From: Candidatus Nitrospira inopinata
GTDB taxonomy: Bacteria; Nitrospirota; Nitrospiria; Nitrospirales; Nitrospiraceae
DNA: 32,000 bases
NCBI RefSeq assembly: GCF_001458695.1
Contig: NZ_LN885086.1
Coordinates: forward strand, 1,890,001-1,922,000
Direction of reading: 5' to 3'
The notes beneath the pieces were generated by a model. That model was not told the origin of the DNA. It worked only from the letters and a program-made list of their open reading frames with translations, and did not search any database. Shown piece after piece: positions 22,261 through 31,168 of the stretch (position 1 is its first letter; the number at the start of each line of letters is the position of its first letter). The translations under genes were made by a program, and so were the position numbers.

Positions 22261-24570
22261 CTATTTGATGGCGACCGCCTTGACCTCTTTGTAGGTGGTC
22301 TGTCCCTGAAGCACTTTTTGGATGCCGTCTTGGAGGAGGGTCGTCATGCCTTGAGCGAGAGCGGTCTTGAGCATCTCTTCCGTGGTGGCCCTGCGCTGGA
22401 TCATGCGTTTGATTTCGTCGGTGCCGAGCAGCAGCTCATGGAGAGCGATGCGTCCTCTGAAACCGGAGCGGTTGCACGTCTCGCAGCCTTTGGCGCGATA
22501 CAGGTGAAACGTATTATCCTGCTTGACTCCGAGTCGATCCCATTGCTCCGCCCCATAGCCCGACCGGAGTTCGGCGTATTCCTCCGGCGTGCAGACGTAC
22601 TGTTCTTTGCAATCTTTGCAGAGGCGCCGGGCAAGGCGTTGAGCCAAGACGCCCAGCATGGCGTCGGCGAAGCTGAAGGGATCGCAACCCATGTCGAGCA
22701 GGCGGGTGACGGTTTCCACCGCGCTGTTCGTGTGCAGGGTGCTGAGCACCAAATGGCCCGTGAGAGAGGCTTCGATGCCCATGTCGGCCGTTTCTTTGTC
22801 CCGCATTTCTCCGACCATGATCACGTCCGGGTCCGCGCGCAGGAACGCGCGCATGGCCGCGGCGAACGTGAAACCGATTTTCGGTTGAACTTGGACTTGT
22901 CTCAATCCATATTGCGTGATTTCCACCGGATCTTCGGCGGTCCAGATCTTGATGTCCGGCGTGTTGATATGGCCCAGTACGGAGTGAAGCGTGGTCGTTT
23001 TGCCCGATCCGGTCGGCCCCACGCAGAGAATGATCCCGTAGGGCTTTTCGGAGATTTCCTTGAGAGCCTTGAGGTTGCGTTCCGAAAACCCCATTTGATC
23101 GAGCGGCAGCGGTTCGCTTGCGGCAAGGATGCGCAGCACGACGTCTTCGTTATAGCCGGCCGTTGGAATGGTCGCGACGCGGAGTTCGATTTCCTTCGTG
23201 TCCGACAATTTGAATTTGATCTTTCCGTCCTGCGGCTTGCGCCGCTCGGCGATGTCGAGGCTGGCCATGATTTTGATCCGTGAGACGATGGCGCGCCGGT
23301 AACTCTGGGGAATTTTCATATACTCGAAACACTCGCCGTCCACGCGGAAACGGACGACGGTCTCGCGCTTTTCTCCATAAGGCTCGATGTGAATGTCCGA
23401 TGCGTTTTGCCGGTAGGCGTCGGCGATGATCTGGTTCGCCAGGCGCACGATGGCGCTGTCGTTTTCATCAAGCCCCCCCGCAGCCGCTTCTTCCATGGCT
23501 TCGGCTTGCGCCTCGGTGACGAGCTCGCCCAGAATGTCGGACACGCTTTCATCCAGCTTGCGGCCTCCTCCGTCTCCTTGTCCCGCGGCCAGGAATTGGG
23601 CGATGTCCCGCCGCAAGCCGACGGCGAACCGGATGTTGAGTCCGGGGAACGTTCGTTTGATGTCCTGAACCCGATCCAAATCGCCGGGATCGTCGGTCAG
23701 GATTTCGATTGAAGCGCGGTCCCGCCGGAGGGGAATCCAGTGATTCTTTTTGAGGTAGTCAAGATTGAGGTTTTTGAGGAGCTCGACGTCAAGGACGGTG
23801 CGCTCGCTGTATTCGATGTAAGGACACTTGTAGAACTGCGCCAGCGACTTGCCGAGTTCCGATTTCGGGACTTTGTACTTTTCGAGCAGAATCGTCTCCA
23901 GGTCGTTGACGCCTTTGCGCGATTCGGCGATTGCGTTGTCGAGATCGGTTTGCGTCAGGCGATTGCCGTTCAGTAGCAGATCGAAGCGCGTGGGATTTTT
24001 CTTCGCCGTGTTTTTCAGATTGTAGAAGGCGGTGCCGAGCGCTTTGGCGATTTCGGCGACGGATTCTTCGTCCTTTCTCGTGAAGCGCGATCCGGCTTTC
24101 TTGTTCAAGAGCTGGATCACGCCCATGAGGTATTTGTTGTCGGCGACGATCGGATAAGTCAGCACCTGTTTGGTTTTGAAGCCCGTCCGCTTGTCGTAGG
24201 TGCTGTCGTGGAGCAAGGCGGGATGGATGCTTCGCAACTCTGCGGCGTTATAGGCGTCGGCGACGTTGACGGGGCGGAGGTATTTCGCGCAGAACCCGGC
24301 CAGGCTCTGCTCGGTGATGGGAATGCGGAATTCTTCGACGCTGTCGACTTGCGGGATTTTGAAGAAGATTTCCTTCTTGTCCGCGTCGACCGCGAACAGC
24401 GTCAAGTCCTGCGCGTCGAACAGGCTGAGAATATCGTGGTGGAGGTCCAGGACGATCTGATCGAGGTTGGTGGCGCACTGAATCTGCTTGATGATTCGAT
24501 TGACCTGCTCGGCCTGTTCGATTTTAAGGTTGAGTTCCCGAAGCGTCTGCGTCATCGGCTTGACGTTCAT
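22261..24570 (-). CDS. GspE/PilB-family secretion ATPase with an N-terminal GAF domain and a T2SSE_N domain
   Basis: Walker A GPTGSGKTTT, Asp box and Walker B region IMVGEMRD, His box LVLSTLHTN, tetra-Cys CKDC...CETC. The N-terminal ~190 aa are GAF-like, followed by a T2SSE_N-like segment (ILTDDPGDLDRVQDIKRTF). Confidence 0.9.
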   Translation of the reverse strand: MNVKPMTQTLRELNLKIEQAEQVNRIIKQIQCATNLDQIVLDLHHDILSLFDAQDLTLFAVDADKKEIFFKIPQVDSVEEFRIPITEQSLAGFCAKYLRPVNVADAYNAAELRSIHPALLHDSTYDKRTGFKTKQVLTYPIVADNKYLMGVIQLLNKKAGSRFTRKDEESVAEIAKALGTAFYNLKNTAKKNPTRFDLLLNGNRLTQTDLDNAIAESRKGVNDLETILLEKYKVPKSELGKSLAQFYKCPYIEYSERTVLDVELLKNLNLDYLKKNHWIPLRRDRASIEILTDDPGDLDRVQDIKRTFPGLNIRFAVGLRRDIAQFLAAGQGDGGGRKLDESVSDILGELVTEAQAEAMEEAAAGGLDENDSAIVRLANQIIADAYRQNASDIHIEPYGEKRETVVRFRVDGECFEYMKIPQSYRRAIVSRIKIMASLDIAERRKPQDGKIKFKLSDTKEIELRVATIPTAGYNEDVVLRILAASEPLPLDQMGFSERNLKALKEISEKPYGIILCVGPTGSGKTTTLHSVLGHINTPDIKIWTAEDPVEITQYGLRQVQVQPKIGFTFAAAMRAFLRADPDVIMVGEMRDKETADMGIEASLTGHLVLSTLHTNSAVETVTRLLDMGCDPFSFADAMLGVLAQRLARRLCKDCKEQYVCTPEEYAELRSGYGAEQWDRLGVKQDNTFHLYRAKGCETCNRSGFRGRIALHELLLGTDEIKRMIQRRATTEEMLKTALAQGMTTLLQDGIQKVLQGQTTYKEVKAVAIK

Positions 24571-24807
24571 TCCCGCGATGCTCCTCGGAACCGATTGATC
24601 GCCTGCCCGGCAAGTGACGCAAACGGTTGGCGAAAAAACGACCGACGTGTGTATTGAGGCGGTTGCCTCGCTGAGTAGTCGAAACTTAGTCTAGCGGACG
24701 AGCCAAGGAAGGCAAGAAAAAGGGGATTTTACTCAATCACATAGAGCAGCGGAGAAAGAAGGCGAGAAACGGCGCGCAGTCCATCGTAAGATTTATGCGC
24801 GCAAGAT

Positions 24808-26541
24808 TTACGAGCGCGGCCGGGCCGATTCAAGGTCAGCTTTGTCCGGAGCGGCTTTGCCGAGATGAGTCAGAATATCCGATGGACTGACGCGCGATTT
24901 CGCTCCGGTCCGTCGGATTTTGACTTCAACGACGCCGTCGGCAAGCCCTTTGTCGCCGATCACGATTTGGAAAGGAGCTCCGATGAGGTCGGCGTCATTG
25001 AACTTGACGCCGGCGCGCTCGTCTCGATCGTCCCAAAGGACTTCGAACCCTCCCTCCTGCAGCGTCTCGTAAAGACGGGCGGTGGCTTCGGCGGTTTTGC
25101 TCGATTGTGTGACCGGCAGCAGATGGACGTGAAAGGGAGCGATCGGAAACGGCCAGATGATGCCTTTCTCGTCGTGGTTTTGCTCGATGGCGGCCGCGGC
25201 GGTTCGGCCGACGCCGATCCCGTAGCAGCCCATGACGGCAAAACGCTCCTTGCCGTGATCGTCGAGAATCGTGGCGTTCATGCTCTTGCTGTACTTTGTC
25301 CCGAGGAGGAAGACTTGGCCCACTTCGATGCCCTTCGCCAGGACCAAAGGACCGTCTCCGCGCGGCGAAGGGTCGCCCGCCTGTGCGTTCCGAAGGTCGG
25401 CGAAGCGATCGACCGTAAAGTCGCGGTCCAAATTGGCGTTGACGTAGTGTGTGTCCTCCCGGTTCCCGCCGACCACGACGTTTCGCATGCCTGCGATCGC
25501 GTGGTCCGCCAAGATACGGATGCCGGAGAGACCGATGGGGCCGGCGAAGCCGACGGGGGCGCTCGTGAGGCGTAAGACGGTCTCGGGGTCGGCCAACTGA
25601 ACGTCCATCACGCGTAAGAGACGGGCCAGCTTCACCTCGTTCAGCTCGTGATCCCCTCGGACGAGGACGGCGACCGGCTCGTTCTCCGCCTTGTAGATGA
25701 GTGTCTTGACCAGTTGCCGCGGGAGAACGTGCAGGAAGGACGTGACCTCTTCCACCGTTCTGCATTGGGGAGTCGATACGGCCGTCAGCGGTTGAAACGG
25801 AGCGTCATCGGCGTCGGCAGGAGGCAAAATTTCCGCCCGTTCGAGATTGGCCGCATACGATCCTTCCTCGGTGTACGCCACGGTCGCTTCGCCGGTGGCG
25901 GCCAAGACCATGAATTCATGCGAAACGTCTCCTCCGATCAATCCGGTGTCGGCCTCGACCGCGCGAAAGGTCAGGCCGCATCGGGTAAAAATTCTGGTGT
26001 AGGCGTCGTACATTTTTTGATAGCTCGCCCGCGCGCCCGCCTCGTCACCATCGAAACTGTAGGCGTCTTTCATGATGAACTCCCGGCCTCGCATCAGCCC
26101 GAAGCGAGGCCGTATCTCATCGCGAAATTTCGTCTGGATTTGATAAAAGTTGAGGGGCAGTTGCCGATACGAGCGCACCTCACGCCTGAACAGATCGGTG
26201 ATGACCTCTTCATGTGTGGGGCCGAGGCAGAAATCTCGGTCATGACGGTCTTTGAAACGGAGCAATTCCTTGCCGTAATGGTCCCAGCGACCGGTCTCCT
26301 TCCACAATTCGGCCGGAGAGGCGATGGGCATCAATAACTCCTGTGCGCCGGCCCGATTCATCTCCTCGCGAATAATGCCTTCGATCTTTCGGATGACCCG
26401 CAGCCCCAGGGGAAGGTACGTGTAAATGCCGGCGGCCGTTTTGCGAATCAACCCAGCCCGGAGCATCAGCCGGTGACTGACGGTTTCCGCCTCGCCGGGA
26501 TCTTCCCGCAGGGTGGGGATGAGGAGTTGAGAGGTTTTCAT
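24808..26541 (-). CDS. proS: Proline--tRNA ligase, bacterial type with an editing (INS) domain
   Basis: MKTSQLLIPTLREDPGEAETVSHRLMLRAGLIRK..., class II motifs (FRDEIRPRFGLMRGREF), and 577 aa. Confidence 0.95.
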   Translation of the reverse strand: MKTSQLLIPTLREDPGEAETVSHRLMLRAGLIRKTAAGIYTYLPLGLRVIRKIEGIIREEMNRAGAQELLMPIASPAELWKETGRWDHYGKELLRFKDRHDRDFCLGPTHEEVITDLFRREVRSYRQLPLNFYQIQTKFRDEIRPRFGLMRGREFIMKDAYSFDGDEAGARASYQKMYDAYTRIFTRCGLTFRAVEADTGLIGGDVSHEFMVLAATGEATVAYTEEGSYAANLERAEILPPADADDAPFQPLTAVSTPQCRTVEEVTSFLHVLPRQLVKTLIYKAENEPVAVLVRGDHELNEVKLARLLRVMDVQLADPETVLRLTSAPVGFAGPIGLSGIRILADHAIAGMRNVVVGGNREDTHYVNANLDRDFTVDRFADLRNAQAGDPSPRGDGPLVLAKGIEVGQVFLLGTKYSKSMNATILDDHGKERFAVMGCYGIGVGRTAAAAIEQNHDEKGIIWPFPIAPFHVHLLPVTQSSKTAEATARLYETLQEGGFEVLWDDRDERAGVKFNDADLIGAPFQIVIGDKGLADGVVEVKIRRTGAKSRVSPSDILTHLGKAAPDKADLESARPRS

Positions 26542-26547
26542 GCGAGC

Positions 26548-27945
26548 TTAGCGGGCAAAGATCCGTTCCAAATCGTTCCAGAACGCGAAGATCATGACGC
26601 CGACCAACAAGACCAGTCCCACCTGCTGGGCAACCTCACGCTGACGGTCGCCCAGCGGCTTGCGGAGAATGCCCTCGATCAGAAAAAAGAGCAGGTGGCC
26701 TCCGTCCAGAATCGGGATCGGCAACAGGTTCAGCACGCCGAGGTTGATGCTCAAGATGGCGATGAGGAAGACGACGCTGGACGCGCCCTGCGACGCGGCT
26801 TCGCCGGAAATGTTGGCGATCGTCAGGGGACCTCCGATGTTCTTGCTCGAAATGTCCCCCACGACCATTTTGTACAGGCCGACCGTCGTCAGCTCGGTCC
26901 AGCCCCACGTCGCGTCCAAGCCGTGGTACAGAGCTTCAAACAGATTGTCGGACCGCATCAACGACCGGCCAGGGCCGGAGATGCCGATTTTGCCGATTTC
27001 AACAGTTTGGCCGCCGACCGTTACCTTTTCGACCGACGGCGTGACTGTGAGCGCGACCCGCTGTCCGTTGCGGAGCACCTCCACGCGCAACGGTCGGTCC
27101 GGATGTTCCTTGACCAAGGTGGTCATCTGGGACCAGGTATAAATGGGTTGCCCTTCGATGGTCACGACCCGATCGCCGGGTTGGAATCCGGCCGCCGAGG
27201 CGGGAGATCCGTGCATCACGGCCGTGACGAGCGGCGGGATTTCTTCGACGCCGATCGTGTAGGCCGATTCCTCTCCGTCCGCCGCGGCTCCCGGAATCGG
27301 TGCCGGCGCGACGGTCAGGGTTTTCATCCGGCCGTCTCGACTGACTTCAAGCGTGATGGATTCGCCGTTGCTTTTCGCGACGGCGTCCAGCAATTCACTC
27401 TTTGTCGAAATATCTTTTCCGTTGACCTTGACGACTCGGTCGCCGACTTCCATCCCCGCCTTCGCGGCCGGCGACGTGGGAACGAGAGCCTCGATATCGG
27501 CGCTGAGATCCCGAAACGTGGGGACGAACAAGGGCGATCCCGTCGCCAGCCAACCGGCAAAGATCAAATATGCCAGAATGAAATTGAAGCCGGGACCGGC
27601 CGCCACGATGAGGATTTTTCCTCCGAGGCTCTGATGGGCGAATGATCGCCGGCGGTCTTCGGCGGTGGTCGCTTCCGCTTCCTCTTCTCCGAACAATTTG
27701 ACGTAGCCCCCCAGCGGAATGGCGGACAGCAGATACTCCGTCTCTCCGACTTGGCGGCCGAACAATTTGGGGCCGAAGCCGATCGAGAATTTGAGCACCT
27801 TCACACCGACCCACCGGGCCGCGAGGAAATGGCCGAGCTCATGAAACGCCACCAGAACGCCAAGAACGACAAGAAACCACCACGCTTTTTGCAGCAGCAG
27901 CCACAGGGTGTCGGGGGACCACGTTATGGCGGAGATCATCGTCAT
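26548..27945 (-). CDS. rseP: RIP (site-2) zinc metalloprotease RseP, M50 family
   Basis: HELGHFLAARWVGVKV, PDZ segments, and a C-terminal LNLLPIPILDGGH motif. Confidence 0.95.
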   Translation of the reverse strand: MTMISAITWSPDTLWLLLQKAWWFLVVLGVLVAFHELGHFLAARWVGVKVLKFSIGFGPKLFGRQVGETEYLLSAIPLGGYVKLFGEEEAEATTAEDRRRSFAHQSLGGKILIVAAGPGFNFILAYLIFAGWLATGSPLFVPTFRDLSADIEALVPTSPAAKAGMEVGDRVVKVNGKDISTKSELLDAVAKSNGESITLEVSRDGRMKTLTVAPAPIPGAAADGEESAYTIGVEEIPPLVTAVMHGSPASAAGFQPGDRVVTIEGQPIYTWSQMTTLVKEHPDRPLRVEVLRNGQRVALTVTPSVEKVTVGGQTVEIGKIGISGPGRSLMRSDNLFEALYHGLDATWGWTELTTVGLYKMVVGDISSKNIGGPLTIANISGEAASQGASSVVFLIAILSINLGVLNLLPIPILDGGHLLFFLIEGILRKPLGDRQREVAQQVGLVLLVGVMIFAFWNDLERIFAR

Positions 27946-28023
27946 CGTCCAGCGTTCGAGCCGTGGGGAGCGCCGCGTTGGGATTACTCTACCATCGATT
28001 GAGCCGATTTCAAATAGTCATCG

Positions 28024-29184
28024 TCAGCGTGTCATGGCGTGGACCAGCGATCCGGCCTTTTCCCGCGCCCAGCGGTCCGCTTCCAAAGCGTCTTCAAGAT
28101 CGGCAAGATCCCGATGGTTGTGGGCCTCCATCGTGTGTCGAATCACTTCGGGAATTTCGATAAAGCGGATGCCGCCGTTGAGAAACGCCTCGACCGCCAC
28201 CTCATTGGCGGCGTTCATGGCGGCCGGCATCGTCCCGCCGATCCGCAGCGACTCGTAGCCGAGGGACAGGCAGGGAAACCGGTCGTGGTCCGGTTTGCAA
28301 AACGTCAATTTGCCGATTTCCGTCAAGTCCAGGGAAGGCAGGTCGAGCGGCATGCGTTCAGGATATCGCATCGCGTAGGAGATGGGAGTCCGCATGTCCG
28401 GGAGCCCCAACTGAGCGATCACGGATCGGTCCTCATATTCGACCAGGGAGTGGATGATGCTTTCCCGATGGATCAACACGTCGATACGGGATTCGGGGAT
28501 GTCGAACAGCCAGCGAGCCTCGACGACTTCGAGCCCTTTATTCATCAACGTCGCGGAGTCGATCGTGATTTTCGAGCCCATTTTCCAGTTGGGATGTTGC
28601 AGCGCGCGATCGGGCGTGACGTCCGATAACTGCTCCTTTGTCAAAGGCCAAAGGGCGCCGCCGGAGGCCGTCAAAATGAGGCGGCGGACGTCTTGGAGTC
28701 GATGACCCTCGAGCGATTGGAAAATCGCGCTGTGCTCGCTGTCGACCGGAAAAATCCTGACGCCGTGCTTGCGGGCTTCGGTCTGCATCAATTTGCCGGC
28801 CATCACCATCGGCTCTTTATTGGCCAACGCAATGTGCTTGCCGCTGCGAATAGCAGCCAAGGTGGGAACCAGTCCGGCGGCGCCGACGATGGCCGAGATC
28901 ACCAGTTCGGCTCCCGGCATGGCGGCGACCTGGGCGATTCCTTCTTCGCCGGCCAGAATATCCACTTGAAGATCCGCGCATCTCGTCCGGAGGAGCGCGG
29001 CGGAGGTTTCTGAGGATACCGCCACCATCTGCGGTTTGAACGTACGGATCTGCGCTTCCAGTTTTTCAATGTTGCCGCCGGCCGTGAGGCCGACGACGCG
29101 AAAGTCATCGGGGAATCGTTGCACGATATCGAGCGTGTTGGTCCCGATCGATCCGGTTGACCCCAGGATAATGATCGATTTCAT
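28024..29184 (-). CDS. dxr: 1-deoxy-D-xylulose 5-phosphate reductoisomerase
   Basis: MKSIIILGSTGSIGTNTLDIV..., LANKE, and the NAANEVAV motif. The ATG at 29184 has GAGGAG upstream. The track ORF extension to 29295 overlaps cdsA. Confidence 0.95.
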   Translation of the reverse strand: MKSIIILGSTGSIGTNTLDIVQRFPDDFRVVGLTAGGNIEKLEAQIRTFKPQMVAVSSETSAALLRTRCADLQVDILAGEEGIAQVAAMPGAELVISAIVGAAGLVPTLAAIRSGKHIALANKEPMVMAGKLMQTEARKHGVRIFPVDSEHSAIFQSLEGHRLQDVRRLILTASGGALWPLTKEQLSDVTPDRALQHPNWKMGSKITIDSATLMNKGLEVVEARWLFDIPESRIDVLIHRESIIHSLVEYEDRSVIAQLGLPDMRTPISYAMRYPERMPLDLPSLDLTEIGKLTFCKPDHDRFPCLSLGYESLRIGGTMPAAMNAANEVAVEAFLNGGIRFIEIPEVIRHTMEAHNHRDLADLEDALEADRWAREKAGSLVHAMTR

Positions 29185-29197
29185 GTTTGCTCCTCGG

Positions 29198-30040
29198 TCA
29201 TGGAGATGGTAACAGGCCTCGAAAATAGGTGACATAGTAGTAGAAGGCGGGGGCGGTGAACAAGAGACTATCGAGTCGGTCCAACATGCCGCCATGACCG
29301 GGCAGAATGTCGCCCGAGTCTTTCACCCCGGCGCGGCGTTTGATGAATGATTCCCAAAGGTCGCCGGACAGGCCCGCGGCCGTCAAGAGCAGGCCGAGCG
29401 CCAAGGCGTCGGACAGCGACAATTCCGGCACGAACCACGCATGAGCCAGAAGAGCCGCGCTCTCGGCCAACGCCAAACCGCCGATCGCGCCCTCGACGGT
29501 TTTTTTGGGGCTGATCGACGGCGCGAGCGGATGCTTGCCGAAGAGCGTGCCGGCGTAGTAGGCGCCGGTGTCGCCGGCCCAGGTGACCAATGCGAGGAAG
29601 ATCACAAGTCGCTCACCGTCGGGCAGCAAGCGCGTCGATGCCACGGTGCTCAGGGTGAACCCTACGTACAGAACTCCGAAGGCGACGAGGGTCGTCTCTT
29701 TCAGCCGGCGATGGAAAGACCCTGAAGACAGCAACATCGTGACGGGAACGGCCAATGTCCCGATCGTCAGGATGTCCGTCACAAACAAGGACAATTGATG
29801 TTTGGCCAACACGAGAGCGGAGAGAGAGAGTCCGACGGCAATCAGCCAGCGGTTGGGAGGCGACGGGAGCGTGATGCGATACAGCTCGATCAGCGCCAGG
29901 CAACCGCCCGTCATCAACAGCAGTGTCAAGGCCCAGGGGGGGAAGTACGAGATGATAACGTAAACGATCGGGATCAGCGCGGCCGCGGTATAAAGACGCC
30001 GAAGGTCAAACCGTCGAGGGCCTATCGATGGTGCGATCAC
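29198..30040 (-). CDS. cdsA: Phosphatidate cytidylyltransferase
   Basis: C-terminal signature SFIKRRAGVKDSGDILPGHGGMLDRLDS in a polytopic membrane protein. GTG start at 30040. Confidence 0.9.
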   Translation of the reverse strand: MIAPSIGPRRFDLRRLYTAAALIPIVYVIISYFPPWALTLLLMTGGCLALIELYRITLPSPPNRWLIAVGLSLSALVLAKHQLSLFVTDILTIGTLAVPVTMLLSSGSFHRRLKETTLVAFGVLYVGFTLSTVASTRLLPDGERLVIFLALVTWAGDTGAYYAGTLFGKHPLAPSISPKKTVEGAIGGLALAESAALLAHAWFVPELSLSDALALGLLLTAAGLSGDLWESFIKRRAGVKDSGDILPGHGGMLDRLDSLLFTAPAFYYYVTYFRGLLPSP

Positions 30041-30092
30041 AAGCGCGGACTCACGCGTATCCGTGAACGGTTGGGGGCGGCGTCCATTCGAA

Positions 30093-30878
30093 CTAGGAGG
30101 AGATCGCGCTCAAGATTCGCCCGAAGCGGCGCTCCCGTTTTTGATATTCCAACAGCGCCAACAAAAATTCGCGCCGGCGAAAATCCGGCCACAACGTCGG
30201 GGTGAAGCACAGCTCCGTATAGGCCGACTGCCAGAGCAGAAAGTTGCTGATCCGCGTTTCCCCGCTCGTCCGAATCAGAAGATCGGGATCGGGAAGCGGA
30301 TGCGTATATAAGTACTGTTGGAACAAGGGTTCATCAATCTGTCCACCCTCGATGACGCCGGCCTGCGCATCGGCCAGCAGCGATCTCACGGCATCGACGA
30401 TTTCCGACCGACCTCCGTAACTCAAGGCCACCGCCAGGGTCATTTTGTCCAGATGGGCGGTTTCTTGCTCGGTTCTGCGGACCCAATGCCGCGCCGACGG
30501 CGGGAGGAGTTCGATACGGCCGATGGCTCGAAATCGAACCCGTTGCTCGATCAGGCCCGTTCGTTCCGTCGAGAGATAATGTTCGAGAAGACCCATGAGC
30601 GCGTTGATTTCCTGGCTGGGTCTGTTCCAATTTTCTTGGGAAAACGCGTAGATCGTCAGGGCCTGGATGCCGAGCTCCAAGCAGAGCGAGATCATTTCCC
30701 TGACGGAGTTGATGCCTTCGCGATGCCCTTCGATGCGGGGAAGGCCGCGCAATTCGGCCCACCGCCCGTTGCCGTCCATGATGACGGCAACGTGTTTGGG
30801 CAACAGATCGGGATCCAATCTGGCCGCCAACTCGCTCTCCGAGAGTTGATCAAGGCTGACTACGGGCTGGTGTCTCAT
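30093..30878 (-). CDS. uppS: Isoprenyl transferase (undecaprenyl diphosphate synthase)
   Basis: HVAVIMDGNGRWA, then IRTSGETRISNFLLWQSAYTEL. Confidence 0.95.
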   Translation of the reverse strand: MRHQPVVSLDQLSESELAARLDPDLLPKHVAVIMDGNGRWAELRGLPRIEGHREGINSVREMISLCLELGIQALTIYAFSQENWNRPSQEINALMGLLEHYLSTERTGLIEQRVRFRAIGRIELLPPSARHWVRRTEQETAHLDKMTLAVALSYGGRSEIVDAVRSLLADAQAGVIEGGQIDEPLFQQYLYTHPLPDPDLLIRTSGETRISNFLLWQSAYTELCFTPTLWPDFRRREFLLALLEYQKRERRFGRILSAISS

Positions 30879-31035
30879 GAAACCCTGCGGCGCTCCTCCA
30901 GATGGAATTTGGTTTAAGGTGTTTCGACTACAACTCTGCGTCAGGAGGGTAGCCGAAGTCTACTGGCGAGGGGGCGGAATGTCAAACAATAACTCGGAAT
31001 CTAGGTAATAGTCCTATAAATCGCCGTCCGTCGCA

Positions 31036-31065
31036 TTGCGACCACGGAAACGAATAAGCTATACT
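31036..31065 (+). promoter_or_regulatory. Putative sigma70 promoter for tldD
   Basis: TTGCGA (31036-31041), 18-nt spacer, TATACT (31060-31065). A GC hairpin CCGCGCG-N7-CGCGCGG follows immediately downstream. Confidence 0.3.
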
Positions 31066-31168
31066 CCGCGCGTCCATCTCGCGCGGCGCGCGGATTGTTC
31101 TGTAGATTACGCGCGCGAAACCTTGTCAAGGCAAACATGAAAGGCGATCCGGGGAAGGCGGTCCATTG

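Noticed and set aside
22180-23283. 367-aa ORF antisense to the GspE-type ATPase
   Set aside because: Shadow ORF opposite a gene with Walker A/B, Asp and His boxes.
23580-23985. Test of the GspE N-terminal domain for the MshEN c-di-GMP-binding motif (RLGxxLLxxGLIxxxxLxxxLxxQ)
   Set aside because: The closest segment, RFDLLLNGNRLTQTDLDNAIAES, does not keep the Gly and hydrophobic spacing. I make no claim of c-di-GMP binding by the ATPase itself.
26473-27645. 390-aa ORF antisense to rseP
   Set aside because: Shadow ORF. The minus frame has the HELGH and PDZ signatures of RseP.
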